From NCBI RefSeq assembly GCF_964194025.1, contig NC_134468.1, forward strand, positions 15,996,001 to 16,060,000: 64,000 nucleotides of DNA, given 5' to 3'. The position numbers were made by a program, and so were the translations under genes. Positions within the stretch are counted from its first letter, which is position 1, and every line of letters starts with the position of its first letter. Positions 26,200 through 39,200 of the stretch are shown here, in pieces. Under the pieces are notes generated by a model. The model ran no database searches. It worked only from the letters and a program-made list of their open reading frames with translations, and was not told the origin of the DNA. Source of the DNA: Convolutriloba macropyga. Taxonomy: Eukaryota.

Positions 26200-29100
26200 A
26201 CGCAGTTTTGGTTGCGTAATGAATTTAGTCGGACATTTTTTGATGTCGGAGTATCTTGTTCGAGAATTGAGAGAACTTGCGGGGCAGCTGGCGAGATTTC
26301 TCCGATACTTGGAGAAATATTGGTTTCTTCAGGCTGTTGGACGGCATCATTTTGGACAGTTACAACAACCGATGCACGTGGGGGCTGAAAGTTCTCAACG
26401 TCTCCCTCTCGGCGTGGACTTTTAGGTGGAGCTGCAATTGTTGAATCCGAAGACGAGTTGACGGAGCCGTTTTATGAAGGGCTACGGCGGTTTCTATCGG
26501 AGGATCTTTTACCCTGTGTAGTTGAAGTTGCTGGAGCGGACAATGATGCAGGCTGGGGAAGGATAGTAATCTCGCTGTTTGAAGCGGCATTCTCTTCCTG
26601 TCGTTGATTTCGGTGAGGGGGAAAATTTGGTACTTATGGGATGTGCCACGCATCGCGCGTGAACTGTGTGATCTTGAGGATGAAACCCCACTGCCCGGTT
26701 CACGCTTGCGATGTTTCATATTTTTATCACCCTGGATTTTCCGGGTGAATTGTTTAGTATGGCTTTGGATGTGCTCCTCCAACAACTTATCTCCGATTCC
26801 TGGTCCCCGTCGGTCCGCATAGACTGTCAGTGGAGTCTGTCTTTCTTGCAAAGTTCCAAATTTTGCTATGTCGTTATTTCGTACCGTGACAATAGGTTTT
26901 CCAGGTTTTTTTGTTGTCGATGTTGTAGGGCTCACTTTCAAAATGCTTTAGCCTGAAGCAAGATCCTCGTATAGGTCCTCTAAGTTTTTCTTTGAGCGCC
27001 GCTTGCCGTGTATCTTCCTGGCCAATTTGAGCTGAACATCTCGTTCTTTAAGTGGTATTGGAGGATAGCCGGATCTAAGGAAGCGAAACTGGCCGTCCGT
27101 GCTCTCCTTTTCTCTTTCATGAGCTTCCCGCGTAGCCCGCGTCACTGCAGATTCTACATCGATGTCGCTTCCGCAGCCATTTGTCCATTTCTCGACCGGT
27201 AGATTTTCCTCTGGGGTGACTGTGTCTTCATCTAAATAGTGGTTCACAATATTTTTATATGAGAGGTTAGAAAACTTAGGCTTAGTTGAGTTTGCTCCCA
27301 GAGGGGTACTACCCAGTGGGCCAAATTGTGTTTCGAAGGCCGATATTTTTGTTGTATTCTGCTGACATATCCGCAATTGGTGAATGATAATCTTTAATGC
27401 ATACTTTACGTGAAATGCGTTATTAGCCAACTTTTCTTCTTAGATAAATGCAAGTCGACTCTTAATCGTTTGAATGAGTCTTTCTACCAAGCCAATAGCG
27501 TGAATATTGTTTACTGGAGCTTCAATAATTTCATTAACATTTTTATTGCAGAAGTTCATTACTTGATTGCCAAGCAAACTTTTTGCTTGATCCAAACGAA
27601 TAGATCTGGGAAATCCGTGATTTTCAATGTACATGTCCAAAAACTATAAAACGTTCGGACCATTAGCTTTTTCATAAATACATGCAGTGGCGTATTTAGA
27701 AAAATGTTCAATAGCGGCTCAAAAATATATCTCATTGCTCTTTTCATTGAAAATTGGACCTACAAAATCATTTTGAAGTTCTTCGTTTGGTTCAACACAC
27801 GGTACATGGGGTCGAAATTGTATAGCAGGAAATACAGATTTAAGATTCTTACCGATTACTGTTCGCGGTTTGCACTCCGTTGCTTTAACTATAAGCTCGC
27901 GATTCATGTATGGCCACCAGCAGTGCGTGGCCATGCAAATCATTTCCCAGGTACCTGGGTGACTTGCGTGGATGCCATCAATTAACGCTTCTCGGAGAAC
28001 GTTTGTTAAAGCCACCATTTCATCATTACAAACACAGCCGGAACGGACATGGAGGTCTCTCCAAAAAGATTGTATGTATGGGTTGAGTTCTTTTAGGCGA
28101 CTTTCGTTTTTCGTGAGCATACAATCACGTACCTCTTTTAAGACAACGTCTTTGCTTGTTAGGGAAGCAATTAGGGACTTAATGAATATTTTATTCAATA
28201 TGATTGAATGTTAGGATCTGTGTGCTAGGTGTTAGGGGGGTACTGACGTTAGAAGATGGGGCTAGGGATGTTGGAGTTGAGATTTGGGTAGAACTTGCGG
28301 GGCGGGTGTCACTTGGGGAAGTAGAGCGTTGATTTGCGGCTCGAGATATAGTTGGAGGCGTAGATGGTGGATTCACCGTGCGAGGGGCGTCAGTTAAACG
28401 AACTTTAGTGATGCGCTTTTTAGAAGGCATGTTGGATGAATTCTAGTCAATATAGTTAATATCTAAGGTGTTTTTGAATTGAAGAGAGTTATTTGATTAA
28501 AAAGTGGGCAACTGATTTCCAAGATGATTTGAGGCAAAAAAACACTGGTTCTATTTCTGGGTTGTGACTTTTAGAAATATTTGTGGAATGTCTCTTAATT
28601 TGCGGGAAATTAGACCTGATGAATTGAGTTTAGCGCGTTGCGAGAGATAATTCATTCCGAGTTTGGAAGGGTTGTTTAAAATGATTTGTATTTTGCTTAG
28701 CGAGTGAAGTGTTAATTGGTACTTGCGATGCGGGATATGCATATTTTAAATTGCTGAAATTACCTCTAGTAATTGCGATTTGATTTCGTGGCGCGAGTGA
28801 TAACTGAGAATCATGCTCATGTACACGGGTAGCGTGTGTGCTAATTAAATTTATCGCATTATGTGTAACCCCAATTTTAGATGCGATTTGATGTGCGGGA
28901 TTATGTGCTTGTATTAGTTTGTTCAAATTATTTGCAGATTCAGTAGTTTTTAATTTGAGTGAATTAACTGATGCAGAGTTAAGTTTTGATTTTGCCACAA
29001 TAAATTCCTCATCATAGACAGAAATTTTCTAGCTTTCTGATTCGGATGCCGGGAAATGTAATGTACTAAATATACTAATCCCATTTTTGCTCCAGGTATG

Positions 29101-31424
29101 TGTTCAATATCGAATTGAAATGAGAGTAGTCTGTCAATCCAGCGAGTTAAACGCCCGTTTTATGATTTATTGGATCGTTTTTCTTCCAATATAGAAAAGA
29201 GAGCTCTGTGATCTGTAATAACTGTAAAATGTTTGCCATAAAAATAATTTTGAAAACATTCATTAGACCAAACTACCCCAAGAATTTTGAGTTCATTGAC
29301 ACTATATCGTTTTTAAAATGAATTTAAAAATCGGGTCTCCACCAATCAACTGTTAATTGTTCAAGGACTGCCCCGAAACCGGAACGGGAGGCGTCACATT
29401 TTACGAGCGTCTCGAGTTGCGGGTTATAATGGCTATTATCCTTGACATTCGCAATGCGACTCTTTATTTCGAAAAAAAACAACTTTCATGCACCTCAGTC
29501 CAGATAAATTTTGATGACTTTCCTAACAAAGGAAGGATTGGGTGGCTAATTTGAGCTAAGTTTGGTATAAAGTTACTGATGTAGTGTACTGATCCCAGAA
29601 AAGAACGGAGTTTCTTTAAAGTCTTTGGAGCCTCAAGAGTCAAACTAGCGGAGGTCTTGCTCTCGATAGGCTAGATACCTGACTGTAAAATTTGTTAACC
29701 GAGCCAATCTATTTTAAATTTATAGAAAGGACATTTTGGAAGGTTGATCCTAAAATTTTCGTCATTTAAACGTTTGAGACAATTGAAAACGTACTGTTTA
29801 TGTTCTTCCTCTAATATTTTACTTACAATCAGAATATCGTCGAGAAAACAATAAGTATTTTTTAAACCAAATAGAGTATAATCCATAGCTTTTTGAAATT
29901 CTGCCGGCCATAAAATCTTGTTTGGAATCTGTACGTGCCTGTCATATCTCCGCTTATTATATTGAAATTACAATGGTTTGCTGTGTTAGGGTCTAGATTT
30001 AATTGGCTATACGCGTACCTAAAATCCAATGTAGAAAAATATGTTGTGTTCTGCGGTGAGGGAGCACTGATTTGTTGAGAAATAGATTCAATAAACGTAT
30101 CAATTTTAGGCATTTGATATTCGTTTTTATAAACAACTTTATTTAATATAGTGAAATCAAGTGCAAGTTTAATCGTTTGATCTTTCGTTAGAGTGACTAA
30201 AATGGGAGATATAAAATACCTGTCAGGGCAACTAGAGAGTTTTTTATGTGTTTCTGTCTTGTAAATTTTTGAGTTCCTTATTATCTTTATCTTTATAGTT
30301 TGAACAAAGGTTTATAAGTATGCGTCTACCCCTTTCGCGTCTAGGTTGGAACTCTTTGTGAAAATTAGATTTAGCCTCATGGTTTTTTGATCTTCTGACA
30401 CGCAAGATCAAATTAAGAAAGTTTTTTGCGATATGTTTTTTGATGAATTCTGACGATGAAGAAATGTTGTTGACTTGGTTACCTTGAGATGAAGAAGATT
30501 GTGTTACAGCTAGGACCAGCTGGTCGAACAGATCAGATTAGACATTTGAGACCGTCCGCAAGGACAGTGAAAGTTGCTGAGGTTGATAAGCAACCGTTGT
30601 TTGTAATGGGGGTCTGTATTTTTTTTCAAAGTGATTTGGTTCATTTGAGAATGTTCTAAGTTGTGGACTGACCTTCTCATGAATCCAAATAGCATGTGGA
30701 CTGCTTTTCACTACTTGCGACGCGAGTGATCGATTGAGAATACTGCACGCGCTCCAGGAGTCCACGAAAAGTGTAGCTGAAATGTTGCCGATTTTGATGG
30801 GCATATCAAGGGGTTCGATCTTTGCTATGCCGTTCTTGATTAGTGCAACCGTTTTTTCTTCCCCACTGCTGTAGTCGGATTCGTAGAGTTTGGTCAACCG
30901 AAGAAAATTTACTGAATCTTCCGGGTGCGGTTCTTCATCCACTATGTTCACGGTTCTCTTCTTAGAGTTTTCAGGTTTTGCGTTCTTTTATTTTCTGCGG
31001 ACTTTAGCGAAGTGGTTCATTAACCCGCAGTTGTTACAAGTTTTGCCCTTCGTGATGCATTTATTGCGATGATTGGGTAGTCAGTTCACACCAAAATTTG
31101 AGCAAAATAGAATAGGTTTATTATTCGGCTTCTGGAAATTTTTCGACAATGACCAATTTGATGATCGGGGGTTGTTCGGAAACTGAATGGCATTATGCGG
31201 TTGAATTGGATGCTGATTTCGCATCCCGAGTTTCATATTGATGGCCAACTCTATTGCCCGGCGCGAGATCTACTGTCTGTTTGAGGAGCTCTTTTTGAAT
31301 CTCCGGATCAATCAGGTTGGTGATGAATACATCACTAATCAGGGTTTCCTCTTTAATTTCGAAGTCGCAGTTTTCAGCTATTTCTTTTAGCTTGCGTTGA
31401 AATGTTTCACCCCAAAGCTGTTTT
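26200..31424 (-). pseudogene. Outer element gag(C-term)-protease-RT-RNase H-integrase, frameshifted
   Basis: LFVDSWS (protease); FSTLDFRYAYSQL and YCFLDDIL (RT); HASHPG...ECKPR (integrase zinc finger); PRSIRLDQ and GLVERLIQTIK (integrase DDE); long C-terminal tail. Confidence 0.9.
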
Positions 31425-31429
31425 CACCC

Positions 31430-31799
31430 TGTGATACCCGAACATTTATTTATTCTTCAATTTCATTGATGCAGTAAAATTTATATGATGCCCTTAATTA
31501 AGTTCATTATTTTAATCTTTATCTTATGATCTTGTTTCAACTGTCTGGTTAGTTTCCCGCTTCGTGATCAGACATGTCTGATCACGCATTCACGTTGTGC
31601 TCGAGTGGCTTCAGTTTATTAATTTCATTGTTCTGACTTTCTGCAATTCAATTCAGTTTGCAAAACCTTCTCTTGATTTCCCGCTCCTCAAGTAAGCGAA
31701 ACAAAAGTGAAAGTAGATCTCGCGCCGCGAATAGTCAAATAATATTCTCTTTGTAATCTCGCACCGCAAATCATTACAGCAAAACAATAAAGTACGACA
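31430..31799 (+). repeat. 5' LTR of inner gypsy element
   Basis: 370 bp, TGTGATACCCG...GTACGACA; shares its start and an internal palindrome with the outer LTRs. Confidence 0.92.
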
Positions 31800-34700
31800 T
31801 GGCGCAGTCAGCAACGAAAAGAACACCCCTTGGAATCGACCCTTTCTGGGACAAACCAACACCGGATCCACCACTCCACTGGGAGAAGTGGAGGGTACAA
31901 TACAAACTGGCACTCTTAGCCAAAGAAAACATCATTTTGGACACGCTACTCGGCCCAAAACCTGATACGGTAGAACTACCTCTAGAGCCAATCTACGAAG
32001 AGACAATTGTGGGTGCATCTGCACAATCAGAGAGGGAGAGGAACGTGCGCAACGCGCAACAAAAGATGAACTGGCAAAACAAATGCCAACGACTTATTGA
32101 GGTAGGCATCATGTGTGGCGACAAACCCTGGTCATTGGCAGACCGAAAAACAGTCTCTCTTCTTTACTTGAGCATCGGAATAGAGGGACGTCGTATCCTT
32201 AATTGTAAGAACCCGCATATCATGAAAGACACTCTAGCTACTGTCGATTTTTGGAAAAACGTGGAGGAAGCATTCATTCGCCCACGCAACATAACATTTG
32301 ACAGACATGTCTTCCTGATCACAAAACAGCTTAGAGGAGAAACTGTAGAGCATTTCTATGGTAAATTAAAAGAACTGGCGGAAAACTGTGATTTTGAAAA
32401 CAAAGAAGAAACTCTGATACGCGATGTATTCATCACAAATGTGATCGATCCCGAAATCCAAAAAGAACTACTAAAACAAACGGTAGAACCGCGACAGGCG
32501 TTGGAACTCGCAATCAATATGGAACTCGGGATGCGAAACCAACATCAAATACAACAGCACAATAAAATTGTTGTTCCGGCGAATGTCAATGCTATTCAAT
32601 CCAACAACAACTCACGAAGACCGTATTGGCAGAACAATAATAAAGTTCCAAAACAAAATAATAGATCAACACTGTATTGTTCGAATTGTGGCGGAGTCTG
32701 GCTCCCAAATCATCGCGAAAAGTGCATTGCAAAAGGAAAGACATGCAACAATTGCGGGTTATTAAATCACTTTGCAAAGGTCTGCCGTAAACAGCAAAAG
32801 AACATCAACGTAAAGCCACAAGATCCCAAGAAAAAGATGGATCGGGTGGTAGAAGAAGAGCCACACCCAGAGGACTCGGTAAATTTTGTCCAACCGGCAA
32901 AACTCTATGAATCAGACTACAGCAGCGGTGAAGAGGACAACACACTCGCATTGATTGAAACCGCAGTGGAGAAATTTGAACCCCTCAATATTGGAAATGT
33001 CAATACAACTCTACTCGTGGACTCCGGGAGTGCATGCAAAATACTTCATCATTCACTCGCGTCGCAAGTGGTACAAAGCAGCCCCCGCGCTTTCTGGATT
33101 CACGAATCGTCACCACCACAACTACGAAACTTCTCTAACGAACCAATACAGGTACTGGGGAAGATTCAAGCCCCCGTAACGAGCAAAGGATGGGTATGCG
33201 ACACAGCAACTTTCACAGTTGTGGCCGACGGTTTAAAGTCCTTAATAGGTCGTGATTTGTTCAACCAACTTGGACTTGCTGTAACTCAGTCTACACTTAT
33301 TAAAGGTAACAGTGTCAACAATATCGCATCCCCTGAATTTAAAGAACAGATAGCCACAAAATTTCCTGGTTTGGTATCACGCATTGGACGATCAAAAAAT
33401 CATGTAGCAAAATCTAAATTTCACAAGAATTTCCAACCTAGACATCAAAAAGGTAGACGAATTCCTATCAATCTTCAAGATAAAGTTAATACAGAACTTA
33501 GAAAACTATTAGCTGAAAAACACATTATAAAACTGTCAAGCTGTCCTGATAATTATTTCATGTCACCTATTGTGGTTACAGTTAAAAAAGACCAAACGAT
33601 AAAGCTTGCACTGGATTCAAAAGTTTTGAATAAAGCTATTCACAAGAACAAGTATCAAATGCCAAACATTGATACGCTAATTGAATCGATATCTCAGCAA
33701 ATAAGTGCTCCCGCTTCGCAAAACATAACGTATTTTTCTACGATTGATTTGAAATACGCTTATAGTCAATTAAATCTGGACATCAACACAGCTAGTCATT
33801 GTAATTTTAATATTATTAGTGGAGATATGACTGGCACTTACAGATTTCAAACAGGATTTTACGGACTTACAGATATGCCAGCTGAATTTCAAAAAGCTAT
33901 GGATTATACTCTATTTGGCTAAGAAAATACATATTGCTTTTTGGATGATATTTTGATTGTTAGCAAAGGGTCTCTGATTGATCACAAAAATTATGTCATG
34001 AAATGTCTCCAACGTTTAGACGACAAAAATCTTAGGATAAATCTTCCTAAATGCCACTTTGGTAAATTAGAAATTGATTGCCTTGGGTATCACACATCAC
34101 AAGAAGGTATTTTGCCCCTCAAATCTAAGACCGCGGCAATTCTGGCTCTCGAAGCTCCGAAAACTTTAAAGAAACTCCGTTCATTTTTGGGATCCGTTCA
34201 TTATATTGGGAAATTTATCCCTAATCTAGCCCAAATAAGTCATCCTCTTCGCCCGCTACTGCGGAAGTCTTCAAAATTCATCTGGACAACTGAACATGAA
34301 AACTGCTTTCAAGAAATTAAGACTCGCATAGCGAACGCAACTGCAAATAGTCATTACAACCAGCAACTCGAAACACGCGTGAAATGCGACGCATCCCGCT
34401 CAGGTCTTGGCGCGGCTCTCGAACAATTAACTGTAGATGGGTGGAAACCAATTGCATTTGCGTCTCGATTTTTAAATTCCTGTGAAGAGCCTTATAGTGT
34501 AAATGAACTGGAACTTTTGGGTGTAGTCTGGTCAACAGAATATTTTAAAAATTAACTGTATGGAAAACAATTTAATGTAATTACCGATCACAGAGCACTT
34601 CTCTCGATTATGAAAGAACATAGATCTAATAAATCATACAATAGTAGATTGACCCGCTGGGTCGATTGCCTTCTTCCTTTTCAATTTGATATCGAACACC

Positions 34701-35167
34701 TTCCTGGGGCAAAAATGGGTTTGGTCGATTATATTTCCCGCAATCCATCCCAAAAAGATAAAAAGATCTCTACATGCGATGAAGAATTTATTGTTGCCAA
34801 ATTGAAACTGATCTCGAAATCAGTTAACGCATTAGAATTAAACACTGAACACCCTGCATCACATTTACACCAGTTATTAACAAATTACACTCTCGGCCCG
34901 CAAAACACATCTAAAATTGAGATACTTGATCCCGCATTTCAAACTACACCTAAAATTGGGACCACTAATAACTCAGTAAATTCAATTAACACCCGCGCTA
35001 CGCGAGTACGCGAACATGTATTTGGCAATTCACTCGCTCCGCAAAATCATGCCTCAAATAGTATTTGTCAATTAAACAATTTAAAGTACACTCGCGTCAC
35101 AAAATCCACTTTGCACCTCTCTCGCCCTGCAAAATACCAGCAACAACAAACAATTAATCCAAATTAG
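31799..35167 (+). pseudogene. Inner element gag-pol (gag, zinc knuckles, protease, RT, RNase H) in a single frame with premature stops
   Basis: ORFs 31799-33922, 33941-34555 and 34610-35167 share one frame. Motifs: CNNCGLLNHFAKVC, LLVDSGS, STIDLKYAYSQL, YCFLDDIL, VKCDASR. TAA stops at 33920-33922 and 34553-34555. Confidence 0.93.
31800..31813 (+). promoter_or_regulatory. Primer-binding site, tRNA-Ser type
   Basis: TGGCGCAGTCAGCA directly after the LTR's terminal CA; complementary to a ...UGCUGACUGCGCCA tRNA-Ser 3' end. Confidence 0.8.
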
Positions 35168-35343
35168 GAATAAAGTGACATACGCGCAGCGCGAGCATTC
35201 ATTCACTCAATTACAAATCATTTCCCGCTCCGCAAGTAAGCGAAACAAAAGTGAAAGTAGATCTCGCGCCGCGAATAGTCAAATAATATTCTCTTTGTAA
35301 TCTCGCACCGCAAATCATCACAGCAAAATAATAAAGTACGACA

Positions 35344-35878
35344 CACCCCAAACAGTTTCACCCCAAAGCTGTTTTGTTATTAGAAAAACGTGGCGATCGA
35401 ACGTGATGTTTCGAGGTCGAATGAATGCGGTTTCCACAATCTTCCAAAATTCTGCAGTTGACGAGGTATCGATCATTAAATGAGTGATTTTACAGTTCAG
35501 AATTCGAAGTCCTCCCACCCCAATGCACAAGTAGGGAAGTGAGACTGTTTTTCGATCCGCAAGTGGCCATGGCTTGTCTCCACCCATTATGCCAATTTCG
35601 ATTAGTTCTTTTCATTTGTTTTGCCAATTCGTTTTTGCTGAGCGTTTCGGGCATTTCTTTCTCTTTTCTGATTGTGCCGATGAATGCATCATTGTTTCTT
35701 CACTTCACTATCTCGGGTTTTGGTCCAAGTAAAGTCTCGAGGATTATATTCTCCTTTGCGAGCAGTGCCAATTTATATTGCATTCTCCATTTTTTCCATC
35801 GAAGAGGGGGATCGGGCGTTGGCTTGTTCCAAAAGTGTCTATCCTGAGTGGTGTAAGTTTGTTTGCTGGCTGCGCCAT
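35344..35878 (-). pseudogene. Outer element gag N-terminus, separated from the rest by the nested insertion
   Basis: MAQPANKLTP...KPTPDPPLRWKKW...LADRKTVS...FIRPRNITFDRHVFLITKQL, homologous to the inner gag. Confidence 0.9.
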
Positions 35879-36266
35879 GTCATAAATTATTTGAATTCAA
35901 CAGTCACTTGCAGTGCGCGTTAGCTTACTTCTTTCAAAAGTGCGATTCGCGGATCGACATCCGAACTTTAACTACTTTCGCTTAATTGCGGTGCGAGATA
36001 CAAAGAGAAAGATACAACTGAGTTTGAATTAAGGAAATTAAATTATAATTCAAGTGCTTATCAACAAAGCATGGACGTGTGATCAGTCATGTCTGATCAC
36101 GAGGCGAAAAAAAGGTAAATGAGTAAAGAGCAACTCGTGACAGGAAAGTTGAAGAAGATTTAAAATATGAAATGAAGGGCAAATTGAAATGAACTAAGTT
36201 AGCACATCATACAAGTTTTACTGCACCAAATAAAAAAACGAACATAAGATATCTACGGATATCACA
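35878..36266 (-). repeat. 5' LTR of outer gypsy element
   Basis: 389 bp; followed directly on minus by PBS TGGCGCAGCCAGCA. Confidence 0.93.
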
Positions 36267-39200
36267 CACAAACTAAGACTGTGCCACAACCTTTATTATT
36301 TTACTTTTTTTGGTCTTTCGTTTTAGATAAGAAAATCTTTTTGCATGAAAATTTGGAAAAGTTATGAAAGTAAATAAATGAGATACTGTTTTTTTTTCAA
36401 TTAACATATCTGTAAGTAGTATAAATTGTCCTTATTTATGTAGTTATCAAGAATCACTGTTCGATTTTTTGTTACAGTTTTCAATTAGAGACCTTTGTCG
36501 AATCAAAAGTTTGAACTTTATCTGGGGAGTTGTCGTTCTATTTGCTTTCCTCTCTAACTCAGTAGCTAATTTCTAACTAACTACCTTCAAATTCTTCAAC
36601 TTAAGTTTGTCTCATTTTTTTTCTTGGTTCTTTGATTTAAATGCCTGAGAATTTTTGTGAAGGAGGTTAATGACAAAAATATTAAACACAATTTAAGTCA
36701 AATAAACGTAGCATATATAACCAGACCAATTTTGCTTGTCCTTTATAACAGCAGCACTGTCTTGGTGAATCTTGAAGTGTTAACTTAGAGTAACCTTAAT
36801 TTTCGCAAGCAGTTCTAATGATTCATAAAGACAGATAATTTAATTAGACATGATTTTTAAATAAATTTTCGGTTTATCTCTGCAGCTCAACTTTTTTCTA
36901 TAGTTTTTTAATGGAAAACTTGAAGCCAGACACTTAGAACGGCAAATAATTTTGTTTGCAGGGTGCAAAAATGTGCAATTGATTTTCCAAAAAATCATTA
37001 CAAGAATTACTTGAGCTAATTTACACCAGATACTGATTTTTAATTGAACTGAAGACTAGTGTGAGGTAAAAACTGGCAATTGAAAGGTCAGACAACATTT
37101 TCTGGCAATTTATTCAGAGAAGACGAAAAGTTCAGAGACAAATTAAAGTTTTTGCAATTAACAATACATAAGTTGTGAAGGTACAGATAGCATTTTTTAC
37201 TCTTTTAAGCGCCCATTTCTGCATTTAGAATTGCTGAAAGTCACTCAATATTTCCTGTTTTTTTAGCATTAGCGTGAAAACTTTCAGAGTTTAGAGGTTT
37301 TTCAGATTTTCAGTTTCTTAAGCAACCACCTCAAAAAAACAGGAAATTTTGAATTCTTTCTCTTGAAGGGTCAGAATTATACCGTTATTATTTTCAAAGC
37401 TATAAGAGCTTTTTCAAAACAAACTACTTTCTACTTTTTGCGTGTGTGAATAGAAATATTTACATTTTTAATTATTTTAGTAATTATTTAAGTTATTTTA
37501 ATGAGCAAAATTGACCGTTTTCCATCAAAACTATTAAACTATGAAATTTGCTCTTTTTTGGTTCAAAACTTCCTGATCAGTTTCAAAAGCTTAGAAAAGC
37601 AGGGATTATTTTTTTTCAAGTGTGCGCAAAATGTTGCATATTGTTTTAAGCGTTTTCTCAAAGCAAATAAACCTTTTCTTTACCCTGCCCTTATAACTAT
37701 GAAAAATGTACTGCTTTCTGTTCAAACATTGACCACGGTTCTACTGGTGTTCTTTAATCAATTTGGGGTTGTATCTTTTAATAGGCATCGCACAAAAACC
37801 TTTTTTACTGCAAAAAAATCAGTCATATTTGCATCACACTTTTTCAGCGCGTTTTAGTTTTAGATGCATCCAATTCCTTTGGAAACTCCTGGTGATTTTC
37901 TGTAGTTTGAATATTTTTAACATTCAGTGGTCTATACTATTTCACTCAAATTTTGCAAAGATATTGCTTTCGAATACAAAATTTCTAAAACAAAATCTTG
38001 TAAAATTTTTCAGAGATAATTCCAATTCGTTAGGATCAAACCGTTCCATACATGACTTATCAATGGTTTTTGCGCGCAAATTGAAACCTTACAGGAAAAA
38101 CTTGAAAATTGAAATTATCTGTCTCTTTGCAGTTTATCAGACTTGACTGCGTGTTACAAGACTTGACTGCGCGTTTAAATCTTTCAAAATCCTAGCGTCT
38201 CAATTAAATGAACTAAAGCGTTTTGTTGACAAAAAGCGGCTGAGCACTGCAGCGATATGAGCGACATTTAAAGTACGTATTACTTGTTACAACTGGTCAC
38301 TGATCTTTCTGTATTCATAATTATCAAAAGTTTCTTATGAAAAAATTAAATTCTGAAAGTGATTACAAGTCAGCAAGCAAACGCACATTTGTGTGTGCAG
38401 GCTTTAAGTTGAGGTTTCAAAGATAAATCACGGCAAATCTGATTGAAGCAACTTCGAGGAGTGAAGCCCCTTTTGGGATTAGCGTGCCTCTCTTTACTCA
38501 TATTTCAATCTACTGGGGATATAATGAGGGGGAGGGAGTTGAGGGGGGGGGGGGGGGAGGGGGTGCAGGTTGTTTGTTACATTGAAACATGGACGCATTG
38601 CTGACTGCAGTAGTAGTAGTTATTGTTGCCTTCACCAATTTAGAACAGACTTGGAGGTATTGCATTAAACGTAAACACGGAGAAGAAAATAGTTCGCACT
38701 TCGGATATATATCTATTTTGTGGAATGAACGAATGAATGGCTTTTATGACGTAACCGGGATTACAATATGCAATCGTCAGGCATGTTATTTGAGCTGAAA
38801 ATTTCGTCTCGTTATCACAACCTTTTGCCACTGTTACTTAATTCAAGGGCAAAATTACAGTAGTATAAGTCGAGCGGCATGTTGGTTGACAAGAGCGAAA
38901 ATTTCGCATTGATTATAGAGAATGTAGAGCGAGTAAACACATTAATCAATCATTTGATACAGTTTTTGAGGTCAATGTTGTCTGAGTGGAGATGGATTTG
39001 ATGAAATTTGTGATAGTAATGTGTTGCTCTCTTCATCTAATGCTACAAAAGTACACCATGATCACTAACACATTCATCAGCAGCAGTAGCACCAAATGGC
39101 ATTAAGTAAATCGCATAAAAGGAAATTGAAAAGGAAGTCAACTGTGGTAATTATCAGAGAGCGTCACAGACCACGTGCTGTGGTGGTTGTAGTCCCGTAT

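Larger units (their letters stand above)
31430..35343 (+). mobile_element. Nested Ty3/gypsy element (inner), integrase deleted
   Basis: 5' LTR 31430-31799 (TG...CA); 3' LTR remnant 35220-35343 with 3 mismatches to the 5' LTR; 5-bp TSD CACCC at 31425-31429 and 35344-35348. Confidence 0.95.
25626..36266 (-). mobile_element. Full-length Ty3/gypsy LTR retrotransposon (outer element), degenerate
   Basis: TG...CA LTRs at 35878-36266 and 25626-26022; 5-bp TSD CACAA at 25621-25625 and 36267-36271; domain order gag-PR-RT-RH-INT; many frameshifts. Confidence 0.95.

Noticed and set aside
38527-38570. G-run, potential G-quadruplex (similar runs at ~47915-47948 and 57460-57555)
   Set aside because: Simple homopolymer tracts with no supporting functional context.
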